A DNA stretch of 64,000 nucleotides from Escherichia phage vB_EcoM-S1P5QW: the sequence record OL956808.1. One strand, written 5' to 3'. This document shows positions 18,999-28,294 of the stretch, piece by piece. Below the pieces are notes generated by a model, which was not told the DNA's origin, did not search any database, and saw only the letters and a program-made list of their open reading frames with translations. The stretch's first letter is position 1; every line of letters starts with the position of its first letter. The position numbers and the translations under genes were made by a program.

Positions 18999-20180
18999 AT
19001 GTCTATTGCAGATTTAAAATCCCGTTTGATTAAAGCTTCCACTTCTAAAATGACTGCTGAACTGACTACATCTAAATTCTTTAATGAAAAGGATGTAATC
19101 CGTACAAAAATCCCAATGCTTAATATTGCTATTTCTGGTGCGATTGATGGCGGCATGCAGTCTGGTTTAACTATTTTCGCAGGGCCTTCTAAACACTTTA
19201 AATCAAATATGTCTTTGACTATGGTTGCGGCATATTTGAACAAATATCCTGACGCGGTTTGTCTATTCTATGATAGCGAATTTGGTATTACTCCAGCTTA
19301 TTTACGATCCATGGGAGTTGACCCGGAACGAGTAATTCATACGCCAATTCAGTCAGTTGAACAGCTGAAAATTGATATGGTGAACCAGCTTGAAGCTATT
19401 GAGCGTGGTGAAAAGGTTATTGTATTCATCGACTCAATCGGTAATATGGCTTCTAAGAAAGAAACGGAAGATGCCTTGAATGAAAAATCTGTGGCAGATA
19501 TGACTCGTGCTAAATCACTGAAGTCATTATTCCGTATTGTTACTCCTTATTTTAGCATTAAAAATATTCCATGTGTTGCGGTTAACCATACAATTGAAAC
19601 AATTGAAATGTTTAGTAAAACCGTGATGACAGGTGGTACAGGCGTAATGTATTCGGCTGATACTGTATTCATTATCGGTAAACGCCAGATTAAAGATGGT
19701 TCTGATCTTCAGGGGTATCAATTTGTTCTAAATGTAGAAAAATCTCGTACCGTTAAAGAAAAAAGTAAATTCTTTATTGATGTTAAATTTGACGGTGGTA
19801 TCGATCCTTATTCTGGATTGTTAGATATGGCTCTAGAATTAGGATTTGTTGTAAAACCTAAGAATGGTTGGTATGCTCGTGAATTTCTTGACGAAGAAAC
19901 TGGCGAGATGATTCGCGAAGAAAAATCTTGGCGTGCAAAAGATACCAACTGCACTACATTCTGGGGTCCTTTATTTAAGCATCAACCATTCCGAGATGCT
20001 ATTAAACGTGCTTATCAGTTAGGTGCTATTGATAGTAATGAAATTGTTGAAGCTGAAGTTGATGAATTGATTAACTCAAAGGTTGAAAAATTTAAATCTC
20101 CAGAAAGTAAAAGTAAATCAGCAGCTGATTTAGAAACTGACCTCGAGCAGTTAAGTGATATGGAAGAATTTAATGAATAA
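18999..20180 (+). CDS. uvsX: RecA-like recombinase UvsX
   Basis: 393 aa; MSIADLKSRLIKAS...; Walker A GPSKHFKS; matches recalled T4 UvsX. Confidence 0.95.
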   Translation: MSIADLKSRLIKASTSKMTAELTTSKFFNEKDVIRTKIPMLNIAISGAIDGGMQSGLTIFAGPSKHFKSNMSLTMVAAYLNKYPDAVCLFYDSEFGITPAYLRSMGVDPERVIHTPIQSVEQLKIDMVNQLEAIERGEKVIVFIDSIGNMASKKETEDALNEKSVADMTRAKSLKSLFRIVTPYFSIKNIPCVAVNHTIETIEMFSKTVMTGGTGVMYSADTVFIIGKRQIKDGSDLQGYQFVLNVEKSRTVKEKSKFFIDVKFDGGIDPYSGLLDMALELGFVVKPKNGWYAREFLDEETGEMIREEKSWRAKDTNCTTFWGPLFKHQPFRDAIKRAYQLGAIDSNEIVEAEVDELINSKVEKFKSPESKSKSAADLETDLEQLSDMEEFNE

Positions 20181-20514
20181 AGATGATTTAGACTTAGATC
20201 TAGAAATTATCGATGAATCCCCCTCTTCGGAGGGGGAAGAAAGAAAAGAACGTCTTTTTAACGAGTCTCTTAAGATAATTAAATCTGCCATGGAAAATGT
20301 TATCCAGGAGATTGTCATTAAACTAGAAGATGGTTCTACACATATAGTGTATGTAACTAAACTGGATTGGGTTGATGGAAAGGTTGTAATGGACTTTGCT
20401 GTTCTTGACCAAGAAAGAAAAGCTGAGTTAGCTCCTCATGTAGAAAAATGTATTACAATGCAACTACAAGATGCATTTAATAAAAGGTCAAAGAAAAAGT
20501 TTAAATTCTTTTAA
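20155..20514 (+). CDS. 40: gp40 (head assembly/prohead initiation factor), start uncertain
   Basis: 119 aa ORF between uvsX and 41. Confidence 0.7.
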   Translation: MIWKNLMNKDDLDLDLEIIDESPSSEGEERKERLFNESLKIIKSAMENVIQEIVIKLEDGSTHIVYVTKLDWVDGKVVMDFAVLDQERKAELAPHVEKCITMQLQDAFNKRSKKKFKFF

Positions 20515-20523
20515 GGAGTAAGT

Positions 20524-21951
20524 GTGGTAGAAATTATTCTTTCTCATCTTATATTTGATCAAGCTTATTTTTCAAAAGTTTGGCCATATATGGATTCAGA
20601 ATATTTTGAAAGTGGTCCAGCTAAAAATACATTCAAATTAATTAAATCTCATGTCAATGAGTATCATAGCGTTCCATCTATTAATGCGTTAAATGTTGCA
20701 TTAGAAAATAGTTCATTTACTGAAACAGAATATTCTGGTGTAAAAACACTTATTTCAAAACTGGCTGATTCTCCAGAAGACCACAGCTGGTTAGTAAAAG
20801 AAACAGAAAAATATGTTCAGCAAAGGGCGATGTTTAATGCTACGTCTAAAATAATCGAAATTCAAACTAATGCTGAGCTTCCTCCGGAAAAACGAAATAA
20901 GAAAATGCCGGATGTTGGTGCTATTCCTGACATCATGCGGCAAGCATTATCTATTTCATTTGATAGTTACGTTGGTCATGATTGGATGGATGACTATGAA
21001 GCACGTTGGCTATCTTATATGAATAAAGCTCGTAAAGTTCCATTTAAACTCAGAATTCTAAACAAAATTACTAAAGGCGGAGCTGAGACTGGAACACTGA
21101 ACGTTTTAATGGCTGGCGTTAACGTTGGTAAATCATTAGGTCTGTGTTCATTAGCAGCAGATTATTTACAGCTCGGACATAATGTTCTTTACATTTCCAT
21201 GGAAATGGCAGAAGAAGTCTGTGCTAAGCGTATTGACGCTAACATGCTTGATGTTTCTCTTGATGACATTGATGATGGGCATATTTCTTACGCTGAGTAT
21301 AAAGGAAAAATGGAAAAATGGCGTGAGAAATCTACTCTCGGTCGTTTAATCGTTAAACAGTATCCTACTGGTGGAGCAGACGCTAACACATTCAGGTCTC
21401 TCTTGAATGAATTGAAGCTCAAGAAGAATTTTGTTCCAACAATCATTATTGTCGACTATCTAGGTATTTGTAAATCTTGCCGCATCAGAGTTTATTCAGA
21501 AAATAGTTACACAACTGTTAAAGCTATTGCAGAGGAATTGCGTGCTCTGGCTGTTGAAACCGAAACTGTTCTTTGGACTGCAGCACAGGTTGGTAAACAA
21601 GCTTGGGACTCTTCCGATGTTAACATGAGCGATATTGCAGAATCTGCTGGTCTTCCAGCAACAGCTGATTTTATGCTTGCGGTCATTGAAACCGAGGAGC
21701 TAGCAGCTGCTGAACAACAACTCATTAAGCAAATCAAATCACGATATGGCGATAAGAACAAATGGAATAAGTTTTTGATGGGTGTTCAAAAAGGAAATCA
21801 GAAATGGGTAGAAATTGAACAAGATTCTACTCCAACCGAAGTGAGTGAAGTAGCAGGTTCACAACAGATTCAGGCTGAACAGAATCGCTATCAAAGAAAC
21901 GAATCAGCTCGAGCTCAGTTAGATGCTTTGGCAAATGAATTAAAATTTTAG
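20524..21951 (+). CDS. 41: Replicative helicase gp41 (DnaB-like), GTG start
   Basis: 475 aa; Walker A GVNVGKS; matches recalled T4 gp41. Confidence 0.95.
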   Translation: MVEIILSHLIFDQAYFSKVWPYMDSEYFESGPAKNTFKLIKSHVNEYHSVPSINALNVALENSSFTETEYSGVKTLISKLADSPEDHSWLVKETEKYVQQRAMFNATSKIIEIQTNAELPPEKRNKKMPDVGAIPDIMRQALSISFDSYVGHDWMDDYEARWLSYMNKARKVPFKLRILNKITKGGAETGTLNVLMAGVNVGKSLGLCSLAADYLQLGHNVLYISMEMAEEVCAKRIDANMLDVSLDDIDDGHISYAEYKGKMEKWREKSTLGRLIVKQYPTGGADANTFRSLLNELKLKKNFVPTIIIVDYLGICKSCRIRVYSENSYTTVKAIAEELRALAVETETVLWTAAQVGKQAWDSSDVNMSDIAESAGLPATADFMLAVIETEELAAAEQQLIKQIKSRYGDKNKWNKFLMGVQKGNQKWVEIEQDSTPTEVSEVAGSQQIQAEQNRYQRNESARAQLDALANELKF

Positions 21952-21987
21952 TTTACAGGCTGACAAGACTATGGTATAGTAGTCTTG
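21951..21987 (+). promoter_or_regulatory. Early promoter (-35 GTTTACA, -10 TATAGT) embedded in an 8-bp inverted repeat
   Basis: GTTTACAGGCTGACAAGACTATGGTATAGTAGTCTTG; inverted repeat CAAGACTA/TAGTCTTG spans the -10. Confidence 0.5.
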
Positions 21988-22009
21988 TTGGTTAAATGAG
22001 GAGATTGTT

Positions 22010-22192
22010 ATGGAATTGGTAAAGGTAGTTTTTATGGGGTGGTTTAAGAATGAAAGCATGTTTACTAAAGAAACCACAATGATGAAAGATGACGTTCAAT
22101 GGGCTACTACTCAATATGCTGAAGTTAATAAAGCATTAGTTAAAGCTTTCATTGATGACAAGAAAGTATGTGAAGTAGATTGCCGAGGATAA
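22010..22192 (+). CDS. dmd: Dmd (antitoxin against host RnlA/LsoA RNases)
   Basis: 60 aa; position immediately downstream of gene 41 (T4 61.5 slot). Confidence 0.8.
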   Translation: MELVKVVFMGWFKNESMFTKETTMMKDDVQWATTQYAEVNKALVKAFIDDKKVCEVDCRG

Positions 22193-22193
22193 T

Positions 22194-22451
22194 ATGCATA
22201 TTGTTTTATTTAAACCTACTCCGTATAACGTCAGGAAAAATACTCAATTCAAAGCACTTATTGCAGATACGTGGGAATTGGTGCTAGATATTCCAGCAGA
22301 AGAAAGTCCTCCATTTGGTCGAGTGGAATTTATTAAGTTTGTTGTACGTCCTACGAAGAGGCAGATTCGTCAGTGTAAAAGGCATTTTCGTAAGATCGTT
22401 AAGCTAGAGAAACAGTTTGTAACATGTGATTATGCAGAAGTTTTAAAATAG
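22194..22451 (+). CDS. Hypothetical protein (85 aa), T4 61.4 position
   Basis: ORF coupled to dmd. Confidence 0.6.
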   Translation: MHIVLFKPTPYNVRKNTQFKALIADTWELVLDIPAEESPPFGRVEFIKFVVRPTKRQIRQCKRHFRKIVKLEKQFVTCDYAEVLK

Positions 22452-22453
22452 CT

Positions 22454-22483
22454 GTTTACTTTTGTTGGAAATTGAGATACTAT
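22454..22483 (+). promoter_or_regulatory. Early promoter upstream of sp (-35 GTTTACT, -10 TACTAT)
   Basis: Hexamers with 17-bp spacing. Confidence 0.5.
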
Positions 22484-22511
22484 ATAAACATAAACTACTG
22501 AGGAGATTATC

Positions 22512-22805
22512 ATGAAAAAATTTATTTTTGCTACAATTTTTACTTTGGCTTCTTGTGCTGCTCAGCCTGCTATGGCAGGTTATGATAAAGATTTGTGTGA
22601 ATGGTCTATGACTGCAGATCAGACTGAAGTTGAAACTCAAATTGAAGCGGATATTATGAATATCGTTGAGCGTGATCGTCCTGAAATGAAAGCTGAAGTA
22701 CAAAAACAGCTTAAGTCTGGTGGTGTAATGCAGTATAATTATGTTCTGTATTGCGATAAAAACTTTAATAACAAAAATATCATCGCTGAAGTGGTAGGTG
22801 AATAA
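22512..22805 (+). CDS. sp: Spackle (Sp) periplasmic superinfection-exclusion protein (probable)
   Basis: 97 aa with N-terminal signal peptide MKKFIFATIFTLASCAAQPAMA; T4 61.3 position. Confidence 0.75.
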   Translation: MKKFIFATIFTLASCAAQPAMAGYDKDLCEWSMTADQTEVETQIEADIMNIVERDRPEMKAEVQKQLKSGGVMQYNYVLYCDKNFNNKNIIAEVVGE

Positions 22806-23431
22806 TGCTTTATCAAATGCACAAGTGCAAAGATACATACAAATATAAAGGTGCCCAGTGTTATATCATTAATCGTGAAAACGCGGGTCCAGGTCATTCG
22901 CATCAATCACGGTTTGTATTCGTTAAAAACAATGAAATTATAGCAGTTGCTAATTACATGCTTGTGACTAATGATGTTAATCCGGTGCCTTTTACATATT
23001 ATAATCTAATGGATTTGGCGTACGATTATAATTGGTTTAATCATGACACTTTGGCTCATATCGAAGGCGTAGGATTTGACATCTCTTATTCTAGTTATTC
23101 GTTGTGTCCTATGAGCCGAGCTCATAAAGAGCCTGAATATTTTTCATTTCGTCGGCGTGTAGACTTTAAACGCAGTACAGAGTATGTCGGTGGAATCTTT
23201 GTTAAAGATAATCGAATTACTCGCATTATTTATCCTTTGGGCTGTGGTCAAAAAGATATTGATGTTGATTTAGACTTTACTGAAAACATCATTAATCATA
23301 TTGCTTCTGTATATTTTGATATTGATCACAAAATTGTAATATGTGGATATGAATTGCCATCTGAAAAACAGTCTAAAGTAAATGTTTCTATTGATGACCA
23401 AATTTTTAATGCTTTTATGAATAGAGGTTAA
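22805..23431 (+). CDS. Hypothetical protein (208 aa), T4 61.2 position
   Basis: ORF between sp and 61. Confidence 0.65.
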   Translation: MLYQMHKCKDTYKYKGAQCYIINRENAGPGHSHQSRFVFVKNNEIIAVANYMLVTNDVNPVPFTYYNLMDLAYDYNWFNHDTLAHIEGVGFDISYSSYSLCPMSRAHKEPEYFSFRRRVDFKRSTEYVGGIFVKDNRITRIIYPLGCGQKDIDVDLDFTENIINHIASVYFDIDHKIVICGYELPSEKQSKVNVSIDDQIFNAFMNRG

Positions 23432-23432
23432 T

Positions 23433-23597
23433 ATGAAAACATATAAAGAATTTATTAAAGAAGATATGGTCGCTGGAGATTCAGGCGGTAATCCTGAAAA
23501 TATCTCTACTGGAACAACGTCAGGCGCTGTAGTAAATAAAGGCCCTGAACAGATTCCTAAAAAGAAAAAAGAGGAATCTAAAGAAAAAGAAGAGTAA
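23433..23597 (+). CDS. Hypothetical small Lys/Glu-rich protein (54 aa), not in ORF track
   Basis: ATG 2 nt after previous stop; stop 2 nt before gene 61. Confidence 0.5.
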   Translation: MKTYKEFIKEDMVAGDSGGNPENISTGTTSGAVVNKGPEQIPKKKKEESKEKEE

Positions 23598-23599
23598 AA

Positions 23600-24628
23600 A
23601 TGTCATCAATACCTTGGATTGATAATGAGTTTGCATACCGTGCATTAGCTCATTTACCTAAATTCACACAAGTAAATAATAGTTCAACTTTTAAATTACG
23701 GTTTAGATGTCCTGTTTGTGGAGATTCAAAAACCGACCAGAATAAAGCTCGTGGATGGTATTATGGTGATAATAATGAAGGAAATATTCATTGTTATAAC
23801 TGTAATTATCATGCACCAATCGGAATATATTTAAAGGAGTTTGAACCTGATTTATATCGTGAGTATATCTTTGAAATAAGAAAAGAAAAAGGTAAAAGTC
23901 GTCCAATAGAAAAACCTAAAGAACTTCCTAAGCAACCTGAGAAGAAAATAATTAAATCTCTTCCGTCATGTGTTAGATTAGATAAACTGGCGGAAGACCA
24001 TCCAATTATAAAATATGTAAAAGCTCGTTGTATTCCAAAGGATAAATGGAAATATCTTTGGTTTACAACCGAATGGCCTAAATTAGTTAATAGCATAGCA
24101 CCGGGAACATACAAAAAGGAAATTTCTGAGCCTCGTCTTGTTATTCCAATTTATAATGCTAATGGAAAAGCTGAGTCTTTTCAAGGACGTGCATTAAAGA
24201 AAGATGCTCCTCAAAAATATATCACCATTAAAGCTTATCCTGAGGCAACAAAAATTTACGGTGTTGAACGAGTTAAAGATGGTGATGTATATGTTCTAGA
24301 AGGACCTATAGATTCACTTTTTATTGAAAATGGTATAGCTATTACGGGTGGTCAATTAGACCTAGAAGTTGTTCCATTTAAAGATAGACGAGTGTGGGTT
24401 TTAGATAATGAACCTCGTCACCCTGACACTATCAAACGAATGACTAAATTAGTTGATGCAGGAGAAAGGGTTATGTTTTGGGATAAATCTCCCTGGAAAT
24501 CAAAAGATGTCAATGATATGATTAGAAAGGAAGGTGCAACCCCTGAACAAATTATGGAATATATGAAAAATAATATTGCCCAGGGGTTGATGGCTAAAAT
24601 GCGGCTATCTAAATATGCTAAGATTTAA
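23600..24628 (+). CDS. 61: DNA primase gp61
   Basis: 342 aa; zinc ribbon CPVCGDS...CYNCNYH; Toprim region; matches recalled T4 gp61. Confidence 0.95.
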   Translation: MSSIPWIDNEFAYRALAHLPKFTQVNNSSTFKLRFRCPVCGDSKTDQNKARGWYYGDNNEGNIHCYNCNYHAPIGIYLKEFEPDLYREYIFEIRKEKGKSRPIEKPKELPKQPEKKIIKSLPSCVRLDKLAEDHPIIKYVKARCIPKDKWKYLWFTTEWPKLVNSIAPGTYKKEISEPRLVIPIYNANGKAESFQGRALKKDAPQKYITIKAYPEATKIYGVERVKDGDVYVLEGPIDSLFIENGIAITGGQLDLEVVPFKDRRVWVLDNEPRHPDTIKRMTKLVDAGERVMFWDKSPWKSKDVNDMIRKEGATPEQIMEYMKNNIAQGLMAKMRLSKYAKI

Positions 24629-24825
24629 ATCAACCCAACTAAAGCAAATGCTAAATCTACAAATGTATCAAGAGTAACTACTGGAATATTAATACCATGT
24701 GCAATTGCAATTGGTGATAAAATAAAGTTCCAGAGTAAAATTCCTACCATAGCAGAAATAGTAAAAGCTATACGTTTTTTATTACCTTTTATGGCATTAA
24801 CAAGTGCCATTAATTTTTGTACCAT
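24625..24825 (-). CDS. Hypothetical small membrane protein (66 aa) antisense to the early unit
   Basis: Two predicted TM segments; strong SD AAGGAGGA 4 nt before ATG; tail-to-tail stop overlap with gene 61. Confidence 0.45.
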   Translation of the reverse strand: MVQKLMALVNAIKGNKKRIAFTISAMVGILLWNFILSPIAIAHGINIPVVTLDTFVDLAFALVGLI

Positions 24826-24837
24826 ATGTCCTCCTTA

Positions 24838-24862
24838 TTGCTTTATATATTTATTGTATAAT
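24838..24862 (+). promoter_or_regulatory. Candidate MotA-dependent middle promoter for gene 56 (MotA box TTGCTTTA, 11-bp spacer, -10 TATAAT)
   Basis: TGCTT box at about -30 relative to TATAAT. Confidence 0.45.
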
Positions 24863-24896
24863 TAATCTACTAACCCATGAATTGAAAGGAAAAATA

Positions 24897-25415
24897 ATGG
24901 CTTACTTTAATGAATGTGCTCATTTGATCGAAGGTGTTGATAAAGCAAATCGTGCATATGCTGAGAATATTATGCACAATATTGACCCACTGCAGGTTAT
25001 GCTTGACATGCAGCGGCATTTACAGATTCGTTTGGCTAATGATAAACCAGAAACAAATCGTCATCCTGATTCACTTGAAACTGCAGGAGAAGTTCTTGCT
25101 TGGTTGCGAAACCAAGACGATTATATCGCAGATGAAACTCGCGAGCTATATACTTCTCTTGGTGGTATGAGTAATGGTGAAAAAGAAGCTTCTGCTGTAT
25201 GGAAACCTTGGAAGAAACGTTATTCTGAAATGCAATCCAAGAAAATTCAAGATTTATCTCCTGAAGATCAGCTTGAAATTAAATTTGAACTGATTGACCA
25301 ATTTCACTTTTTCATGAATAAATTTATTGCTCTTGGAATGTCAGCTGAAGAAATCTTTAAACTTTATTACCTGAAAAATGCTGAAAACTTCGCTCGTCAA
25401 GACCGAGGTTATTAA
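24897..25415 (+). CDS. 56: dCTPase/dUTPase gp56
   Basis: 172 aa from MAYFNECAHLIEGVDKA...; matches recalled T4 gp56. Confidence 0.9.
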   Translation: MAYFNECAHLIEGVDKANRAYAENIMHNIDPLQVMLDMQRHLQIRLANDKPETNRHPDSLETAGEVLAWLRNQDDYIADETRELYTSLGGMSNGEKEASAVWKPWKKRYSEMQSKKIQDLSPEDQLEIKFELIDQFHFFMNKFIALGMSAEEIFKLYYLKNAENFARQDRGY

Positions 25416-25615
25416 TGGCTCGTTTAAATAAGCGTCAGCTCAAGAAAGCCCATAAGAAACGTATTGACCAGCTATTTAAAGATTATAACAAGGAGCTCGT
25501 ATGTGAGCTCTTAACTAATCAACTTCGTATGGTTGATTGGGTTATAGAAGAAGGTCCTGACGAAATTTTTGTCAGCGAAGAAGCCTTAAAATTAATTATA
25601 GAGCATTCAAAATGA
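25415..25615 (+). CDS. Hypothetical protein (66 aa)
   Basis: ORF coupled to gene 56 stop. Confidence 0.55.
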   Translation: MARLNKRQLKKAHKKRIDQLFKDYNKELVCELLTNQLRMVDWVIEEGPDEIFVSEEALKLIIEHSK

Positions 25616-25821
25616 AATTTGATTTCTACGCGTGGCAAAAAGCCGGGAGACCGGCTACTCGAGCATTTGGTTCTGATGGATATAATATTAGAGCCCATTG
25701 GAAATTTAATGCTCCAGAAGATTATTCTCCGGTAATTATTAACGGCGATGTTGTTATATTAACTAAAATCGGGTATTTTAACGTTCCGCGAGAATTTATT
25801 ATAAATAATCATGTAATTTAA
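25612..25821 (+). CDS. Hypothetical protein (69 aa)
   Basis: ATGA-coupled ORF. Confidence 0.55.
   Translation: MKFDFYAWQKAGRPATRAFGSDGYNIRAHWKFNAPEDYSPVIINGDVVILTKIGYFNVPREFIINNHVI
25800..25807 (+). promoter_or_regulatory. Late promoter TATAAATA upstream of soc
   Basis: Exact TATAAATA 30 nt upstream of soc ATG. Confidence 0.55.
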
Positions 25822-25837
25822 ATAAAAGGAGAATTAC

Positions 25838-26095
25838 ATGGCTAGTACTCGCGGTTATGTTAATATTAAAACATTTGACCAAGCAGTTGATGGTGGTACA
25901 ATTCAGGGTAAAGAAATTTCTGTAGCTTTCCCTCTTTATTCTGATGTTCACAAAATTTCTGGGGCTCATTATCAGACATTTCCTTCAGAAAAAGCAGCAT
26001 ATTCAACAGTATATGAAGAAAATCAGCGTGCTGATTGGATTACTGCAAATGAAGGTCTTTGGACTGTTACGCCAACTCCAGGTATTGGTGATTAA
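25838..26095 (+). CDS. soc: Small outer capsid protein Soc
   Basis: 85 aa; MASTRGYVNIKTF...SVAFPLYSDVHKISGAHYQTFPSEKAAYSTVYEENQR matches recalled T4 Soc. Confidence 0.85.
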   Translation: MASTRGYVNIKTFDQAVDGGTIQGKEISVAFPLYSDVHKISGAHYQTFPSEKAAYSTVYEENQRADWITANEGLWTVTPTPGIGD

Positions 26096-26102
26096 AATTT
26101 AA

Positions 26103-26126
26103 GGAATCCTTCGGGGTTCCTTTTTT
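26103..26126 (+). terminator. GGAAUCC-UUCG-GGGUUCC hairpin plus T6 after soc
   Basis: 7-bp stem (one GU), UUCG loop, TTTTTT. Confidence 0.6.
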
Positions 26127-26136
26127 CGTTTTTGCA

Positions 26137-26166
26137 GTTTACTTTCCAAAATGAGTATGGTATAAT
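26137..26166 (+). promoter_or_regulatory. Early promoter (-35 GTTTAC, -10 TATAAT)
   Basis: CAGTTTACTTTCCAAAATGAGTATGGTATAAT. Confidence 0.45.
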
Positions 26167-26192
26167 AGAATTATCTTATAGAGGAGAGCACT

Positions 26193-26399
26193 ATGTTAAA
26201 TCGCTGGATTAAACCAAATGAAGATTTAGATATTATCATTTCACGGCATGTAATGAAGAAATATGAATTGCAACCATGGTCTACAGAAGTTGTTGTGCAT
26301 TCATTTATGATGTACGCAGATGGTTCTGTCGAATTTAATGCAGAGATTCGATATGATTATGGTGAAAAGCAAGTCGAATTTCAAAGAGGCTTTTTGTAA
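26193..26399 (+). CDS. Hypothetical protein (68 aa)
   Basis: ORF with RBS GAGGAGAG. Confidence 0.55.
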   Translation: MLNRWIKPNEDLDIIISRHVMKKYELQPWSTEVVVHSFMMYADGSVEFNAEIRYDYGEKQVEFQRGFL

Positions 26400-26740
26400 T
26401 GTTTATCTTTAATTGGTTTAAAAATTTCTTTACAGATTTTTTCTCTACAACTCCGGGAGAAGGTGTAGTTCCTATTTCAAATGACTATCTTCCTTTAACT
26501 GTAGTTGAATATGTTTATATGGGAGATGGAACAGTAGAAGCAGTTACTATGACTTATGAAGAAGCCCAAGAATATTATAAAAATCCTTGGCGCTGGTCAG
26601 TACCTACTACATCATCTAATGCACAGAATACACAGTCTAGTTCTGATTCATATGACACCAATGTTCCTGTTCATGTATGGGCAGGTGATTCATGTGGAAG
26701 TTCTTGTGATTCTAGTTGTTCATCTACATCTTGTGATTGA
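26399..26740 (+). CDS. Hypothetical protein (113 aa) with Ser/Cys-rich C-terminal tail
   Basis: C-terminus [18 protein letters not shown] preceded by Ser/Thr-rich linker. Confidence 0.6.
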   Translation: MFIFNWFKNFFTDFFSTTPGEGVVPISNDYLPLTVVEYVYMGDGTVEAVTMTYEEAQEYYKNPWRWSVPTTSSNAQNTQSSSDSYDTNVPVHVWAGDSCGSSCDSSCSSTSCD

Positions 26741-27234
26741 GGAAAATTATGGAAGCGATTTTGTTTGAAATGTATATTAGCAGTAATAGCATGTCGTTTG
26801 CTAAAGATGTTCCAATTACTGTAGCCGTAGTGATTGATAAGGGTTATTGTAACCCTATGTATCTCGTAGAAAATTTCGTTTCAATGCCAGTTCCAGAAGA
26901 TGTTGAAATAAAACTTAAAAAGATCGGAATTATTGAAACTGTGCCAAATAGTCCGTTTAGAGCAATTGAAGCATTTACTAAATCCGAATACATTAATGTT
27001 AGCGCAGAACAATATAATGGTAATCCTTTATCTTTTTATTCGTACGATTCAGTATATGACTGGAAAATAAATGAAGGAAATAAATTTATAATTGCGAGTG
27101 AAGATGCTTTATCATACTTTATTTATTATGTATGGAATAATTTAAATCCAAAATTGCTAAAAATTCATGAATTTGACGATGCTCCTACTATTGTTTTAGG
27201 TAAAACAAATGAAAGTTCTGAAGAAGATGCTTGA
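26737..27234 (+). CDS. Hypothetical protein (165 aa)
   Basis: ORF in soc-modB interval. Confidence 0.65.
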   Translation: MRKIMEAILFEMYISSNSMSFAKDVPITVAVVIDKGYCNPMYLVENFVSMPVPEDVEIKLKKIGIIETVPNSPFRAIEAFTKSEYINVSAEQYNGNPLSFYSYDSVYDWKINEGNKFIIASEDALSYFIYYVWNNLNPKLLKIHEFDDAPTIVLGKTNESSEEDA

Positions 27235-27412
27235 ATGGTTCAATAGACCAAACTCAATGTATATTGACGATGGTTGGGTTGAACAGGCAAATAAAGAAAT
27301 GCAGAACGAATCGGAAGAATGGATGAAATCAATGATTAGTGCTGAGAAAGAAAAGAAATTAGAACGCTCAGCACTTAAATTGATGAGAGACATCTATGGG
27401 GATAAATCATGA
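27227..27412 (+). CDS. Hypothetical protein (61 aa)
   Basis: Internal start of track ORF 27209..27412 overlapping previous stop. Confidence 0.5.
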   Translation: MLEWFNRPNSMYIDDGWVEQANKEMQNESEEWMKSMISAEKEKKLERSALKLMRDIYGDKS

Positions 27413-27573
27413 ACAAGAACATGACGTTAGAAGAGGCTAAAGCTAAAGCAAATGAAGCCTTAGATTTGCTTCTTAAAATCGGTAGTAAAATGATGGAAGA
27501 AAATGAGAAATACATTCAGGAAAACAAAATTCCTGACGGTCCATTAGTAGGCAAAAGGAAATCACATGATTGA
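27409..27573 (+). CDS. Hypothetical protein (54 aa), not in ORF track
   Basis: ATGA overlaps at both ends. Confidence 0.45.
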   Translation: MNKNMTLEEAKAKANEALDLLLKIGSKMMEENEKYIQENKIPDGPLVGKRKSHD

Positions 27574-28036
27574 AGTAGCAAAATTATATTCAATAGAATT
27601 TATGTCTAAAGAAGGTAAATCAGTAAATACACTTGATAAAAAATGCTCGTTAATTATTCCTTTAGCAGAAAATCCGGATATTTTAATTAAAGATATAAAA
27701 GAAAGAAAATATCCAGAAAATGTTATTCTAATTATAAAGCATACTGAAGATATTTTGCAGAATACAGATTCACCATTTTCTTCTTCTGAAGCTTTAACTA
27801 TTAAAGGCTATAAAAGAGCTCATGAATATGGTCTTTTTGACATGTTTGAAGACGATAAAGTTAAATTAGCGAGTCAACCTTCTAAAAGTAAAACATTCAT
27901 TATTGAAGATATTAAAGATATAAACGCATTTGTTAAGATGGTCTGGGCTCATTTTGATGTTGGACTACGCTGGAGAATGTCTGAAGAAGAAAGAAAGATT
28001 GTTGAAGCTAATCGTCACTTTGGTTTTTATCGCTAG
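27566..28036 (+). CDS. Hypothetical protein (156 aa)
   Basis: ORF in soc-modB interval. Confidence 0.65.
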   Translation: MIEVAKLYSIEFMSKEGKSVNTLDKKCSLIIPLAENPDILIKDIKERKYPENVILIIKHTEDILQNTDSPFSSSEALTIKGYKRAHEYGLFDMFEDDKVKLASQPSKSKTFIIEDIKDINAFVKMVWAHFDVGLRWRMSEEERKIVEANRHFGFYR

Positions 28037-28044
28037 GAATTAAT

Positions 28045-28227
28045 ATGGATTTATTTGAGATGTTAGAAGATAATCATTCTACGAATATCCAGAATGATTC
28101 TAGTGATTATAAGAAAGAGTACCGTATAGTATTACAGAATTATGGAATTGAAGCCCCAGATGCTCTTCTAGAAGAACTAGCTTCATACCATCTTGACCCT
28201 CCGCCCTGGGCTCCCTGGGCAAAATAA
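28045..28227 (+). CDS. Hypothetical acidic protein (60 aa)
   Basis: ORF. Confidence 0.5.
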   Translation: MDLFEMLEDNHSTNIQNDSSDYKKEYRIVLQNYGIEAPDALLEELASYHLDPPPWAPWAK

Positions 28228-28234
28228 TTCAAAA

Positions 28235-28270
28235 AGTTGTTTACTTTCCTTTCTAACGATGATATGATAG
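28235..28270 (+). promoter_or_regulatory. Early promoter (-35 GTTTAC, -10 TATGAT) upstream of modB
   Basis: AAAAAGTTGTTTACTTTCC...GATATGATAG. Confidence 0.5.
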
Positions 28271-28294
28271 CTTCTGAAGTATACGGAGGCTATC

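Noticed and set aside
26556-26768. His-rich 70-aa ORF in alternative frame
   Set aside because: Overlaps the Cys-rich ORF 26399..26740 in another frame; mirror-frame artefact of the Ser/Cys codon repeats.
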